Made by a program: the position numbers and the translations under genes
Assembly (NCBI GenBank): GCA_963768675.1
Contig: CAVYIV010000015.1
Location: 23,586 to 87,585 of the forward strand
DNA: 64,000 nt
Source: an uncultured Chloroflexia bacterium
GTDB lineage: Bacteria; Chloroflexota; Limnocylindria; Limnocylindrales; CSP1-4
Direction of reading: 5' to 3'
Shown here: in pieces, positions 43,205-55,976 of the stretch
How positions within the stretch are numbered: the stretch's first letter is position 1
Layout of the letters: each line of letters begins with the position of its first letter
The notes under the pieces: generated by a model
The model's database searches: none
What the model was told of the DNA's origin: nothing
Seen by the model: only the letters and a program-made list of their open reading frames with translations

Positions 43205-43783
43205 TCAGTTGGGTCGCGGGCTTCCGTCGCTGACGGCGACGAGGGCCGGCCGGAGCACACGGTCACGGAGTCGATAGCCGCGCCGGACCTCCAGCACGAC
43301 ATCGCCCTCGGCGGCTCCGCTCCCGGAGACGTGGCTCAGCGCCTCGTGCTCGTTCGGGTCGAATGGCTGCCCGAGCGCCTCGATCGGGGTCACGCCCTCG
43401 CGCTCGAGCAGGGCACGGAGCTTGCGGTCGATCGCCACGATGCCCTCCAGCCACGGGGTGTCCCGGGCCTCGGGAGGGAGGTGCTCGAGGGCGAGATCGA
43501 AGTCGTCGACGAGCTCGACGACGCGGGTCAGGAGGGCCGCCCGGGCTCGATCGAGGTCGCGCTCCCGGTCGGCCTCGGACCGGCGCTTGAGGTTCGCGTA
43601 GTCGGCCGCCGCGCGCTGGGCCGTCATGAGGTTCTCCTCGGCCCGGGCAAGCGCAGCGTCTCGCTCGGCCGTCAGCGCGGCCACCTGCGCGAGGAGTGCG
43701 GTCGGGCTCGTCTCGAGCTCGGCGATCCGATCCTCCGCGCGCGTCCTGCGACGTGGCGTGGGCTGGTCAGGGTGATTCGGCAT
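43205..43783 (-). CDS. grpE: nucleotide exchange factor GrpE
   Basis: 192 aa with a coiled-coil N-terminus. C-terminus: GVTPIEALGQPFDPNEHEALSHV...VVLEVRRGYRLRDRVLRPALV. Confidence 0.9.
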   Translation of the reverse strand: MPNHPDQPTPRRRTRAEDRIAELETSPTALLAQVAALTAERDAALARAEENLMTAQRAAADYANLKRRSEADRERDLDRARAALLTRVVELVDDFDLALEHLPPEARDTPWLEGIVAIDRKLRALLEREGVTPIEALGQPFDPNEHEALSHVSGSGAAEGDVVLEVRRGYRLRDRVLRPALVAVSDGSPRPN

Positions 43784-43787
43784 TCGG

Positions 43788-44873
43788 CTACCCCGGACTC
43801 GTGGAATAGAGATGATCCACCAGGTCGTTCATGATCCCGGACACGAAGCGCACGGTCCCGATCGCCTCCGGATACCGGAGGCGCGTCGGCCCGAGCACCC
43901 CCACGAAGCCGACCGCGGCGCCGGGTCGCCCGTACGGCGCCAGCACCAGGCTGACGTCGGCCATCTCGTCGGGCCGGTTCTCGCGGCCAATGTAGACCTG
44001 CAGGTCGCCCTGGCTCGTAACGGCCTCGAAGAGCTCGGCGAAGTAGCTCCGGTTCTCGAGCGCCTCGAAGACGCCACGCAGCTTCTCCGAGCTGGCGAAC
44101 TCGGGAGCGGCCATGACGTTGAGGAGGCCGTCGCTGAAGAGCTGCTCCACCGTCGCGGCGTCGAACTCGCGGAGGAGCCGCAACGCCCGGTCCCCGGCGC
44201 GGCGGACCAGGCCGAAGACGGCGTCGGCGGCGGGCGCCTCGTCGAACCAGCGGAGGTGCTCGGCGACGTCCGCGGCGCTCCGCCCGGTGCACGAGACGTT
44301 GAGACGACGAACCGCCTCGTCGAGATCCGCTTCGCTCGTCCCGGCGTCCAGCGTGAAGAGCGTCTGCTTCAGGGTGCCCTCGTTAAGGACGATGATCAGG
44401 CTGGCCATCCGGTCGCCGATCGGGATCAGCTCGAAACGCCGGATCCGGGCCGCCCGGGGCTTGGCCGGGGTTGCGATGCCGGCGGAGCGCGTCTCCGCGG
44501 CGAGCGTCGACGCGGCCAGGCGGAACCACTGGTCGGTCGCGTACTCCACCTGCCCGAACTGGTGGCGGATCATGAGCTGCTCGACAGCCGGGAGCGGGAC
44601 GTCGCCGGTGAGGGTCTCGACATAGAAGCGGTAACCGGCGTCGGTCGGCACGCGGCCCGCCGACGTGTGCGGGTGCATGAGGAAGCCCTCGGTCTCGAGC
44701 TCGGCGAGGATCGCCCGGACGGTGGCGGAGCTGACCCGCAGCCGATGGCGCTCGACGAGCGTCTGCGAGCCAACAGGGGCCGCGCTGGTGATGTATTCCT
44801 CGATCACGGCGCGCAGGATCGACTGGGCTCGCTGATCCAGCGGGCCGGTGCTCAGTCGAATCCCTCGTGTCAT
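43788..44873 (-). CDS. hrcA: heat-inducible transcription repressor HrcA
   Basis: LDQRAQSILRAVIEEYITSAAPVGSQTLV...SSATVRAILAELETEGFLMHPHTSAGRVPTDAGYRFYV. Start set at ATG 44871-44873 with AGGAGCGG upstream. The ORF-track start at 44939 would lie inside the CIRCE operators. Confidence 0.9.
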   Translation of the reverse strand: MTRGIRLSTGPLDQRAQSILRAVIEEYITSAAPVGSQTLVERHRLRVSSATVRAILAELETEGFLMHPHTSAGRVPTDAGYRFYVETLTGDVPLPAVEQLMIRHQFGQVEYATDQWFRLAASTLAAETRSAGIATPAKPRAARIRRFELIPIGDRMASLIIVLNEGTLKQTLFTLDAGTSEADLDEAVRRLNVSCTGRSAADVAEHLRWFDEAPAADAVFGLVRRAGDRALRLLREFDAATVEQLFSDGLLNVMAAPEFASSEKLRGVFEALENRSYFAELFEAVTSQGDLQVYIGRENRPDEMADVSLVLAPYGRPGAAVGFVGVLGPTRLRYPEAIGTVRFVSGIMNDLVDHLYSTSPG

Positions 44874-44889
44874 TCGGTGGCCGCTCCTG

Positions 44890-44916
44890 CTGGCACTCTC
44901 GCTTGGTGAGTGCCAG
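44890..44916 (-). promoter_or_regulatory. CIRCE-like inverted repeat (CTGGCACTC-N9-GAGTGCCAG), proximal copy
   Basis: Perfect 9-bp arms with a 9-nt spacer, 17 nt upstream of the hrcA start. It differs from the CIRCE consensus TTAGCACTC-N9-GAGTGCTAA at 2 positions per arm. Confidence 0.7.
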
Positions 44917-44922
44917 TCATCG

Positions 44923-44949
44923 TTAGCACTCTCATCCATAGAGTGCTAA
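44923..44949 (-). promoter_or_regulatory. CIRCE operator (TTAGCACTC-N9-GAGTGCTAA), distal copy
   Basis: Exact match to the canonical HrcA operator, directly downstream of the predicted promoter. Confidence 0.9.
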
Positions 44950-44961
44950 CTCTTCGCCCGG

Positions 44962-44991
44962 ATCGTACCAGGACGGGCGAGGGGGTGTCAA
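44962..44991 (-). promoter_or_regulatory. sigma-A/sigma-70-type promoter of the hrcA-grpE-dnaK operon
   Basis: On the minus strand: TTGACA (44986-44991), 18-nt spacer, TACGAT (44962-44967). The first CIRCE starts about 12 nt downstream. Confidence 0.65.
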
Positions 44992-45025
44992 TCGGCCGAC
45001 GACGTGACCCGGCGCCGCTCTCGCC

Positions 45026-46270
45026 TCAGATGAGGCGAGAGAACAGCTCGTTGGACAGCAACCGTCCTCGCAGCGTGAGGCGCACCCTGTCCCCGGGGGC
45101 GTCCTCGACCAGGCCGTTCTCGGCCGCCCAGGCGATGGCTTCGAACCGGCCGAGCGCGGTTCGGCGGGCGATCCCGCGGGCCAGGCGGAGGCCGAGGAAC
45201 ATCGCCTCCGTGTCCGCCATCGCGGCGTCCACCCGCTCCGAGCCACCCGGCGGCAGGGCCGGTTCGGCGCCGCCAGGGGGCGGGGTCAGGGCAGCCATCC
45301 AGGCCTCGAGGGGCGCGGCATTCCACGACCGCGCGGCGCCATCGAACGCATGGGCCCCCGGGCCGACGGCCGCGTAGGGCCGGCGCTCCCAGTAGGCACG
45401 GTTGTGGCGGCTCTCGTGGCCCGGGCGGGCCCAGTTCGAGAGCTCATACCAGGGATAGCCGCTCCCCTCGAGCATCGCGTCGGCCAGACCGTACGCACCC
45501 GCGGCGCGATCCTCGTCCTGCGATGCGCGCGCGGCCTCGCGCCAGCGCCGCGCGCCCGGGGTCGCCGCGAGATGATCCCCGGAGGGCCCGGTGAGCCCCT
45601 CGGCCTCCGGGTCGTCGAGCGTCAGGGCGTAGGCGGAGACGTGGTCAGGCGCCAGTGCCAGGGTGTTCTCGAGCGTCTCGGTCCAGCTCGCGAGCGTCTG
45701 CCCGGGGACGTCGTAGAGGAGGTCGAGGCTGACGCTGCCGATCCCGGCGTCGCGCGCCAGGGCGACGGTGTCGGCGATGTCGGCCGGTCGGTGGCGCCGG
45801 CCGAGGGCCCGCAGCTCACCGGCGTGGAAGCTCTGGGCGCCGATCGAGAGCCGCGTGACCCCCGCGCGCGCGAAACCGGCGAGATCGCCGCGGTCGTCCG
45901 GTCCCGGGTTGGCCTCGAGCGTCACCTCCGCGTCGGCAGCCAGCCCGAAGCGGGCCGCGACATGGGCGAGCAGATCCGCGACCGCTTGTGCCGGAAGGAG
46001 CGACGGCGTTCCGCCGCCGAGATAGACCGACTCGAGGGCCGGGCGTCCGAGCGCGCCCGGCTCGCCGAAGGCCGCGTCCAGCGCCATTGCCCGCAGGTCG
46101 AGCTCCGCCGCGACCGCCCGCAGGTAGCGGGCGACGCGACTTCGCGGTCCCGTCGCGGACGCGCCGGCGACGACCACGAAGTCGCAGTACGGGCAGAGGG
46201 AGCGGCAGAACGGTGCATGGAGATAGAGCGCCACCGGCGCCGCGGGCACCGGCGCGTCGCGTGCCGTCAT
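45026..46270 (-). CDS. hemW: radical SAM heme chaperone HemW (HemN-like, oxygen-independent coproporphyrinogen oxidase family)
   Basis: 414 codons from ATG 46268-46270. Radical-SAM HAPFCRSLCPYCDF, GGGTPSLL, and a HemN C-terminal domain. Sits between lepA and hrcA, as in Bacillus. Confidence 0.88.
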   Translation of the reverse strand: MTARDAPVPAAPVALYLHAPFCRSLCPYCDFVVVAGASATGPRSRVARYLRAVAAELDLRAMALDAAFGEPGALGRPALESVYLGGGTPSLLPAQAVADLLAHVAARFGLAADAEVTLEANPGPDDRGDLAGFARAGVTRLSIGAQSFHAGELRALGRRHRPADIADTVALARDAGIGSVSLDLLYDVPGQTLASWTETLENTLALAPDHVSAYALTLDDPEAEGLTGPSGDHLAATPGARRWREAARASQDEDRAAGAYGLADAMLEGSGYPWYELSNWARPGHESRHNRAYWERRPYAAVGPGAHAFDGAARSWNAAPLEAWMAALTPPPGGAEPALPPGGSERVDAAMADTEAMFLGLRLARGIARRTALGRFEAIAWAAENGLVEDAPGDRVRLTLRGRLLSNELFSRLI

Positions 46271-47031
46271 CGGTCGGCTCGCAGGTCCTCGGCCGACGCG
46301 TCCGCCCGGCGCCATCGCTCGGGCGAGCGCCGGAATTCCCCGGGGTCCTCGGGCTCCTGCCCGCGTGGCGCCGGCTGGCCGGCGTGGCCTGTGCACACGA
46401 AAAGGGCGATCCGCGTGATCGCGTGCCCCAGAAACGCCGCGCCGATCCCGCCGGTCAAGGTTGTCAGCCAGCCGCCGCCGATCCCGATGAAGAGCGCCAG
46501 GCCAAAGACGTGGCGACTCCGTCCGGGGGCGCCGGTCCGGGTCGCCAGCACGTACAGGATCGCCTGGATGACGATCGCGGGAAGCGCATCGAGACCGGCG
46601 AGGAGAAGGAAGCCGAGGATGAAGCCGCGGAAGGTCGCCTCGTCGATGAACGCCGTGCCGATCGCATTCACGAGGGCGCCCGGGTACGACCATGGCGGCG
46701 GCATCCGCAGCCGCCCGTAGCGGATCCAGGCGAACGCGATGACGACCCCGGCCCCGATCGCACCGAGCCCGAACCCGCCGAGCAGCGCTCCTCCCCGATC
46801 GCCGAGCCCAAACTTGAGCTCCCTGGCCGGCGCGGGATGCACGAGGAGCACCGCGGCGACGAGCCCGAAACCGAGCACGTACCAGGCGGTCCGCGTCCGA
46901 AGGGGGCTCGGGCTGTCGCTGAACGTGGGCTCGTCGTACTCGGCAGCACCGAACGAGGCAGCCTCAAGGCGCAGAAGGCACAGCAGTCCGGTCAGGCCGA
47001 GCGCGACGAGATCCCGGAGCAGCGCCTCCAC
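46267..47031 (-). CDS. CPBP-family intramembrane metalloprotease (CAAX protease-like)
   Basis: Multi-pass membrane protein with IDEATFRGF (EExxxR-like motif) and FLGHAITR. Start provisionally at GTG 47029-47031, 14 nt after the lepA stop. The stop overlaps the hemW ATG (ATGA). Confidence 0.7.
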   Translation of the reverse strand: MEALLRDLVALGLTGLLCLLRLEAASFGAAEYDEPTFSDSPSPLRTRTAWYVLGFGLVAAVLLVHPAPARELKFGLGDRGGALLGGFGLGAIGAGVVIAFAWIRYGRLRMPPPWSYPGALVNAIGTAFIDEATFRGFILGFLLLAGLDALPAIVIQAILYVLATRTGAPGRSRHVFGLALFIGIGGGWLTTLTGGIGAAFLGHAITRIALFVCTGHAGQPAPRGQEPEDPGEFRRSPERWRRADASAEDLRADR

Positions 47032-47045
47032 GGAGGGTGCCGCGC

Positions 47046-48860
<1,815 letters not shown>

Positions 48861-49036
48861 GGGACTGGAGTGTAGCCGGGCAGCGTGGGGCGCGGCCGCG
48901 CAGCGGGGATGGCCCACAGCCGCTGGCCGGACGCCAGTGCGTCTGGTACCATTCGCGGTCGCGCCGACGCGGTGTCCTCTCCCGCTGCGCGGCATCCGAT
49001 CCTCGACAACCTTTTCCACCAGAGGTCAGAACGCCA

Positions 49037-49822
49037 GTGGCTCACTCGCCCCGCGGCTGGACCGGCGCACGGACGCCATCCGGCAAGAAGCGGGTCCGTC
49101 AGGCCGAACGTCGCGAGGCGATCAACGCCCCGCGCCGAACCAAGGCCAAGACCCTCGTCACGAAGACCCTCAGGATCGCGACCGGCCACGTCGAGGGCGA
49201 CGCGAACGTCTCCCTTGCCGAGGCCATGAGCGCGCTCGACAAGGCGGCCAAGGTCGGCGCGCTTCACCCGAACACGGCGGCGCGGCGCAAGTCGCGTCTC
49301 GCCCGGAAGGTGGCGGCGGCGGCTGGCGGCGCGACCGTGCAGACGGCCGCGAAGATCACGAAGACCACCGGCACGGCGGCCGCGGCGAAGGCCGCCAAGG
49401 CGCGCATCGCGGCCGGCAAGGCCGAGAAGGCGAAAGGCGCCCAGACGGCGGCAGGAAAGGCCAAGGCGGCGATCGCGCGCGCCGGCCGGACCGACATCGA
49501 GATGACCAGGACGGTGGCAGCACCGGCAGCACCGGCTTCCGCCCCACGGACCCGCGCCCGGATCGCCGCAGCGCCCGCCGACGCGGACGCGAAGGCGACG
49601 GCGGCAACGTCAGCTCCGGCGTCGAAAGCGGCCACGAAGCCAAAGGCTGCCGCGAAGGCGGCGCCGAAGGCGAAAGCTGCGGGCTCGGAAGCGGCGGCTG
49701 CCAAGGCCAAGGCGCCGGCCGCGAAGGCCAAGGGGCCGGCCATCAAGCTGCCCTCGATCAGGCTGCCCGGCGCCAAGGCGCCGGCGAAGACCAAGGCAGA
49801 ACCGAAGAAGAAGGCCGAGTAG
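49037..49822 (+). CDS. rpsT: 30S ribosomal protein S20 with a roughly 170-aa Ala/Lys/Pro-rich C-terminal extension
   Basis: The S20 core is SGKKRVRQAERREAINAPRRTKAKTLV...ALDKAAKVGALHPNTAARRKSRLARKV. It continues without a stop into AAKAAKA/KAKAPAAKAKG-type low complexity. The GTG start at 49037 is provisional. Confidence 0.8.
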   Translation: MAHSPRGWTGARTPSGKKRVRQAERREAINAPRRTKAKTLVTKTLRIATGHVEGDANVSLAEAMSALDKAAKVGALHPNTAARRKSRLARKVAAAAGGATVQTAAKITKTTGTAAAAKAAKARIAAGKAEKAKGAQTAAGKAKAAIARAGRTDIEMTRTVAAPAAPASAPRTRARIAAAPADADAKATAATSAPASKAATKPKAAAKAAPKAKAAGSEAAAAKAKAPAAKAKGPAIKLPSIRLPGAKAPAKTKAEPKKKAE

Positions 49823-49868
49823 GCCTGCCGACGCCGGGCATCCCGGCACCGGGCTCCACATCCAGGCT

Positions 49869-49896
49869 CGACCCCGGGCATCCCTGCCCGGGGTCG
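49869..49896 (+). terminator. hairpin downstream of rpsT (possible intrinsic terminator)
   Basis: CGACCCCGGGCA-tccc-TGCCCGGGGTCG: perfect 12-bp stem, 47 nt after the stop. There is no clear U-tract. Confidence 0.45.
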
Positions 49897-49961
49897 AACG
49901 ATTCCCGCCGCGGTGGCTTTGGGCCACGAGCACGTGCTCCCGATACCCGTACACTCGCCCG

Positions 49962-50828
49962 ATGCCGCTCGCCGCGACCGCCCTCGTCCTGGTTGCCGCG
50001 TTCCTGCACGCGACCTGGAACGCGGCTGTCAAAGCGTCCGGCGATCCGCTTCGCGCGACCGCGCGGGCGGTCTGGCTGGGCACCCTCGCCGCGACCCCGT
50101 TCGCCGCGGCGGCCTGGCTCGCGCAGGGGCGCCCGGGTCTCGACGTCGAAGCCTGGCCGATCGGCGCGACATCGGCGGCGTTCGAGGTCGTCTACTGGGT
50201 GGCGCTCGGGCTCGCCTACCGAGCCGGTGCGCTCTCGACCGTCTACCCGGTGGCGAGGGGCTCGGCCGCGCTGCTCGGGGCGCTGCTCGGGATCGCGGTC
50301 CTCGGCGAGCGGCTGGCGCCGCTCCAGCTGACGGGCGTCGCGCTTCTCGTGGCGGGAACGCTCGCCTCCGCCGTCCCGGGGGCCGCCCGGCGATCGATGA
50401 AGCCGGCCCTGGCCATCGGGGCCGTCATCGCCGCCTACACGCTCCTCGACCGGCTCGGCGCGCGGACCGGGCCTTCGTGGCTCTACGGCTGGCTGATCTT
50501 TGCGCTCGGGAGCGTTCTGCTCGCCGCCGCGCTCGCCGTGGCCCCGCTCCGGATCGTCGGCCCCTCACCGGCGCGCGGGAGCACGGGCGACCCAGGATGG
50601 TGGCGTCCGCTCGGCTCGGGCCTTTTCATGGTCGCCGGGTACACGCTCGTCCTTGCCGCGCTCGCGATCGCTCCGCTCGCCGGCGTGGCACCCCTGCGCG
50701 AGTCCGCGACCGTTCTCGCCGCCGGCTGGGGCGTGATCCGCCTGGGCGAGCGGGAGGGTGCCGCGTGGCGCCTCGGCGGGGCCGGCTCGATCGCCGTCGG
50801 CGCGGTCCTCCTCGCGATCGGCAGCTGA
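49962..50828 (+). CDS. DMT-superfamily (EamA-like) transporter
   Basis: 288 aa with about 10 hydrophobic segments in two EamA-like halves. Confidence 0.8.
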   Translation: MPLAATALVLVAAFLHATWNAAVKASGDPLRATARAVWLGTLAATPFAAAAWLAQGRPGLDVEAWPIGATSAAFEVVYWVALGLAYRAGALSTVYPVARGSAALLGALLGIAVLGERLAPLQLTGVALLVAGTLASAVPGAARRSMKPALAIGAVIAAYTLLDRLGARTGPSWLYGWLIFALGSVLLAAALAVAPLRIVGPSPARGSTGDPGWWRPLGSGLFMVAGYTLVLAALAIAPLAGVAPLRESATVLAAGWGVIRLGEREGAAWRLGGAGSIAVGAVLLAIGS

Positions 50829-50927
50829 AACGGCGACGGCGGAGGGTGGGCCCTGCCGCACGCCCGGGGCGGGGATCGCAGGGAGCCGGCGCCGCGTGTG
50901 CGGCAGACCGGGCTGCGGATCGCCGGG

Positions 50928-51542
50928 TCAGGCGGTCGGGGCCCCCGATGCCGGGGAAGGAGGCTGCGCCTTCGGTCGTGCGAAGCCGTACATCGCGGCA
51001 CCGAGCACGCCGCCGGCCAGGCAGAGGATCGTCACGGTCCCTGCCGTGCCAAGCTCCTCGCGCCAGTAGAACGCGGTGAACAAGGTGACGTCCGTGACGC
51101 CCGCCGCCGCAAACTCGGCGGTCTTGCCCTCCTCGGCGAGATAGCGGTGATACACGCAGTCCGCGCCGGATACGCAACCGGCGATCGGTCCGCCCTGGCT
51201 CGCATCGCGATAGCCGTCGTCGGCGTAGAAGAAGATCGCCTTCGTGCCAAGGAAGAGGAGGGCGAGGGTCAGCGTCGTCAGGATCGCCGCGTAGATCCCG
51301 TTGGACATGATGCGCAGCCAGGGCCCGGCGCGCCTGTCCGACCGCGCGTTCGCGTAGTAGCCGATCAGCAGCCCCGCGAAAGGCGCCATCAGCCAGAACA
51401 CCGGCTCGATCGGGATGACCAGCAGAAAGCTGACGGCGATCGTCATCGCCATTCCCACGCCGACCCAGCCCGCGAAGATCGCGCCTGGGTCCACGAACCG
51501 GCCCAGGAGCCGGGTCACGCTGCGCCCGTGCCGGCGCGCCAC
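50928..51542 (-). CDS. hypothetical integral membrane protein
   Basis: Four or five hydrophobic segments. The Cys pair in GPIAGCVSGADCVYH sits in a loop. Start is uncertain: GTG 51542 or GTG 51518. The ORF-track start at 51740 lies inside eno. Confidence 0.5.
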   Translation of the reverse strand: MARRHGRSVTRLLGRFVDPGAIFAGWVGVGMAMTIAVSFLLVIPIEPVFWLMAPFAGLLIGYYANARSDRRAGPWLRIMSNGIYAAILTTLTLALLFLGTKAIFFYADDGYRDASQGGPIAGCVSGADCVYHRYLAEEGKTAEFAAAGVTDVTLFTAFYWREELGTAGTVTILCLAGGVLGAAMYGFARPKAQPPSPASGAPTA

Positions 51543-51612
51543 GCGACGGACGCCGCGGGGAGCGAGCTGGCCCCGGCCGGCAAGCCGGCCGGGGCCAGGA
51601 GGAGCGCCAACG

Positions 51613-54153
<2,541 letters not shown>

Positions 54154-54210
54154 GGCAGGCTTCTGCCTCTGCTAGCTGGGGGTGTCGGCGCAGGCTGATC
54201 GCGTCGGCGA

Positions 54211-55218
54211 TCAGAGCCGCTCGGCGATGATCTTGACGAGGTCGGCGACGCGGCAGCTGTAGCCCCACTCGTTGTCGTACCAGGCGATGACCTTCACGAA
54301 GTTGCCGCCCAGGACCATCGTGCTCGCGCTGTCGATGATCGATGAGCGCGTGTCGCCGCGGAAGTCGGAGCTGACGAGGGGCTCGTCGCTCACGCCGAGG
54401 ATCCCCTTCATCGGGCCGGCCGCCGCGGCCCTGAAGGCCGCGTTGAGCTCCTCGACCGTCGTCTCGCGCTCGAGTTCGGCGGTGAAGTCCACCACGGAGA
54501 CCGTCGGGGTGGGGACGCGAAGGCTGAAGCCGTCGAACTTGCCCTTGAGGTCCGGGATGACCAGCGCGAGCGCCTTCGCGGCGCCGGTGGTCGTCGGGAT
54601 GATGTTCAGGGCGGCGGCGCGGGCGCGGCGCGGGTCCTTGTGCGCCACGTCGAGGATCTTCTGGTCGTTCGTGTAGGAGTGGATGGTGTTCATGAGGCCG
54701 CGCCGGATCGTCCAGCCGTCGTGGACGACCTTGGCCGCCGGAGCGAGGCAGTTCGTGGTGCAGCTCGCGTTGCTGATCACGTGGTGCTTCGACGGGTCGT
54801 AGGCAGCGTCGTTCACGCCGAGGACGATCGTGACGTCCTCCTTCTTCGCCGGGGCGCTGATGAGGACCTTCTTCGCGCCGGCGTCGATGTGCACACGAGC
54901 CTTGTCGGCGTCCGTGAAGCGGCCCGTCGACTCGATGACGATATCGACGCCGAGCGCCTTCCACGGGAGCTGGGACGGATCGGCGACCTGGAGGACCTTG
55001 ATCTCCCGCCCGTCGACGATGATCGCGTCGTCGGTGTGCTCCACGGTCCCCGCGTAGGCGCCGTAGGTCGAGTCGTGCTTGAAGAGCAGCGCGTTCGTGG
55101 GAACGTCCACGATGTCGTTGACCGCCACGACCTCGATGTCGGGCGCGCGCTCGATGAGCGCCTTGAGCGACTGCCGGCCGATGCGACCGAACCCGTTGAT
55201 GCCCACGCGTACGGACAT
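54211..55218 (-). CDS. gap: type I glyceraldehyde-3-phosphate dehydrogenase
   Basis: [38 protein letters not shown] 55216-55218 is preceded by GGAGG. The ORF-track N-terminus is read-through. Confidence 0.95.
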   Translation of the reverse strand: MSVRVGINGFGRIGRQSLKALIERAPDIEVVAVNDIVDVPTNALLFKHDSTYGAYAGTVEHTDDAIIVDGREIKVLQVADPSQLPWKALGVDIVIESTGRFTDADKARVHIDAGAKKVLISAPAKKEDVTIVLGVNDAAYDPSKHHVISNASCTTNCLAPAAKVVHDGWTIRRGLMNTIHSYTNDQKILDVAHKDPRRARAAALNIIPTTTGAAKALALVIPDLKGKFDGFSLRVPTPTVSVVDFTAELERETTVEELNAAFRAAAAGPMKGILGVSDEPLVSSDFRGDTRSSIIDSASTMVLGGNFVKVIAWYDNEWGYSCRVADLVKIIAERL

Positions 55219-55500
55219 GTCTCGAACCTCCGCTCTGCGGTTAGATGGATCGATGGGTCCTCCCCGCGCCGGGCGCAGGGAGGCGGGATGCATAAGGACG
55301 CGGGCGCGCGTCTGTCGCGCCGAACCGTGAGATGCCCCTCTCGAGCCGCCGAGCGAAACCCGGAACCATGGCTGGAGCTTCGCCCGCCGCCGGGCAGGCG
55401 GGGCGATCAGCGCTGGCGCGCGGCAGCAGACCCCCGATGGCGGGGGTGGAAACGGGCCGTGGGGACACAGGACCTCGCGAGTGCGGCGGGAACCACACAC

Positions 55501-55509
55501 ATTCTACCA
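55501..55509 (-). promoter_or_regulatory. extended -10 element (TGgTAGAAT), candidate gap-operon promoter
   Basis: The minus strand reads cTTGGTAGAATgtgtg in one of the few AT-rich patches of the window. It would give a roughly 275-nt leader before gap. There is no good -35. Confidence 0.4.
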
Positions 55510-55616
55510 AGCACCCTTGCCGGTCCTTCGGGCCGACCGTCCCACCGACGCGGTCCGAACGGCCCGCACGTGAGCGGGCCTTCGCCCGGAGGTCTCGGAC
55601 TGCCCGGAAACAGACC

Positions 55617-55644
55617 GAGCCCCCGCCGTCTCCGGCGGGGGCTC
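55617..55644 (-). terminator. hairpin downstream of the zinc-ribbon mini-gene (intrinsic terminator candidate)
   Basis: GAGCCCCCGCCG-tctc-CGGCGGGGGCTC: perfect 12-bp stem, 23 nt after the stop. On the minus strand it is followed by GGTCTGTTTCC. Confidence 0.6.
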
Positions 55645-55666
55645 GGTTCGGTCGATCGCGGTGCGG

Positions 55667-55807
55667 TCAGCCGCCGATGCGGAACATCTTGGTGCCGCAG
55701 ACCGGGCATGTGCCCTGGGCGGCAGGCTTGCCGTTCTTCATGGTGATGTGCTGCGCGTTCTTCATCTCGCGCTTCGCCTTGCACTTGACGCAGTACGCCT
55801 CGGCCAC
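55667..55807 (-). CDS. small zinc-ribbon protein (DUF5679-type, 46 aa)
   Basis: Own translation; too short for the ORF track. VAEAYCVKCKAKREMKNAQHITMKNGKPAAQGTCPVCGTKMFRIGG*, with two CxxC pairs. GGGAGG lies 9 nt upstream of GTG 55805-55807. The family name is from memory. Confidence 0.7.
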   Translation of the reverse strand: MAEAYCVKCKAKREMKNAQHITMKNGKPAAQGTCPVCGTKMFRIGG

Positions 55808-55927
55808 TCCAGGAGCCTCCCTTTCGTCACGGTGGACGTCGACGGACCCCTCGCCCGGCGCTCATCCTGTACCAGCGATGCTGGTTCGGCGCAGCCATCT
55901 GGTACAGCTTTCACGAAGCCGACAGAT

Positions 55928-55972
55928 CCGAGGCGGCGCGAACTCGCGCAACGGTAGTCCGCGCCGCCTCGG
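55928..55972 (-). terminator. 13-bp perfect stem (CCGAGGCGGCGCG-N19-CGCGCCGCCTCGG), 4 nt after a frame-2 stop at 55977
   Basis: Seen directly in the sequence. On the minus strand it is followed by ATCTGTCGGCTTCGTG. It is a plausible terminator of the upstream lamin-tail-domain gene. Confidence 0.45.
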
Positions 55973-55976
55973 AGCG

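Noticed and set aside
49313-49822. Separate histone-like (AKP-repeat) gene downstream of rpsT
   Set aside because: The frame is continuous with the S20 core. There is no intervening stop, start or ribosome-binding site.
55219-55660. Housekeeping structured RNA gene (RNase P RNA, SRP RNA, tmRNA, 6S) in the 440-nt gap upstream of gap
   Set aside because: I could not find the conserved cores I know: the GGAAAGUCCGG-type P4 region, the SRP domain IV GGAA/AGCA loops, or a tmRNA tRNA-like end. It is kept only as an unexplained leader.
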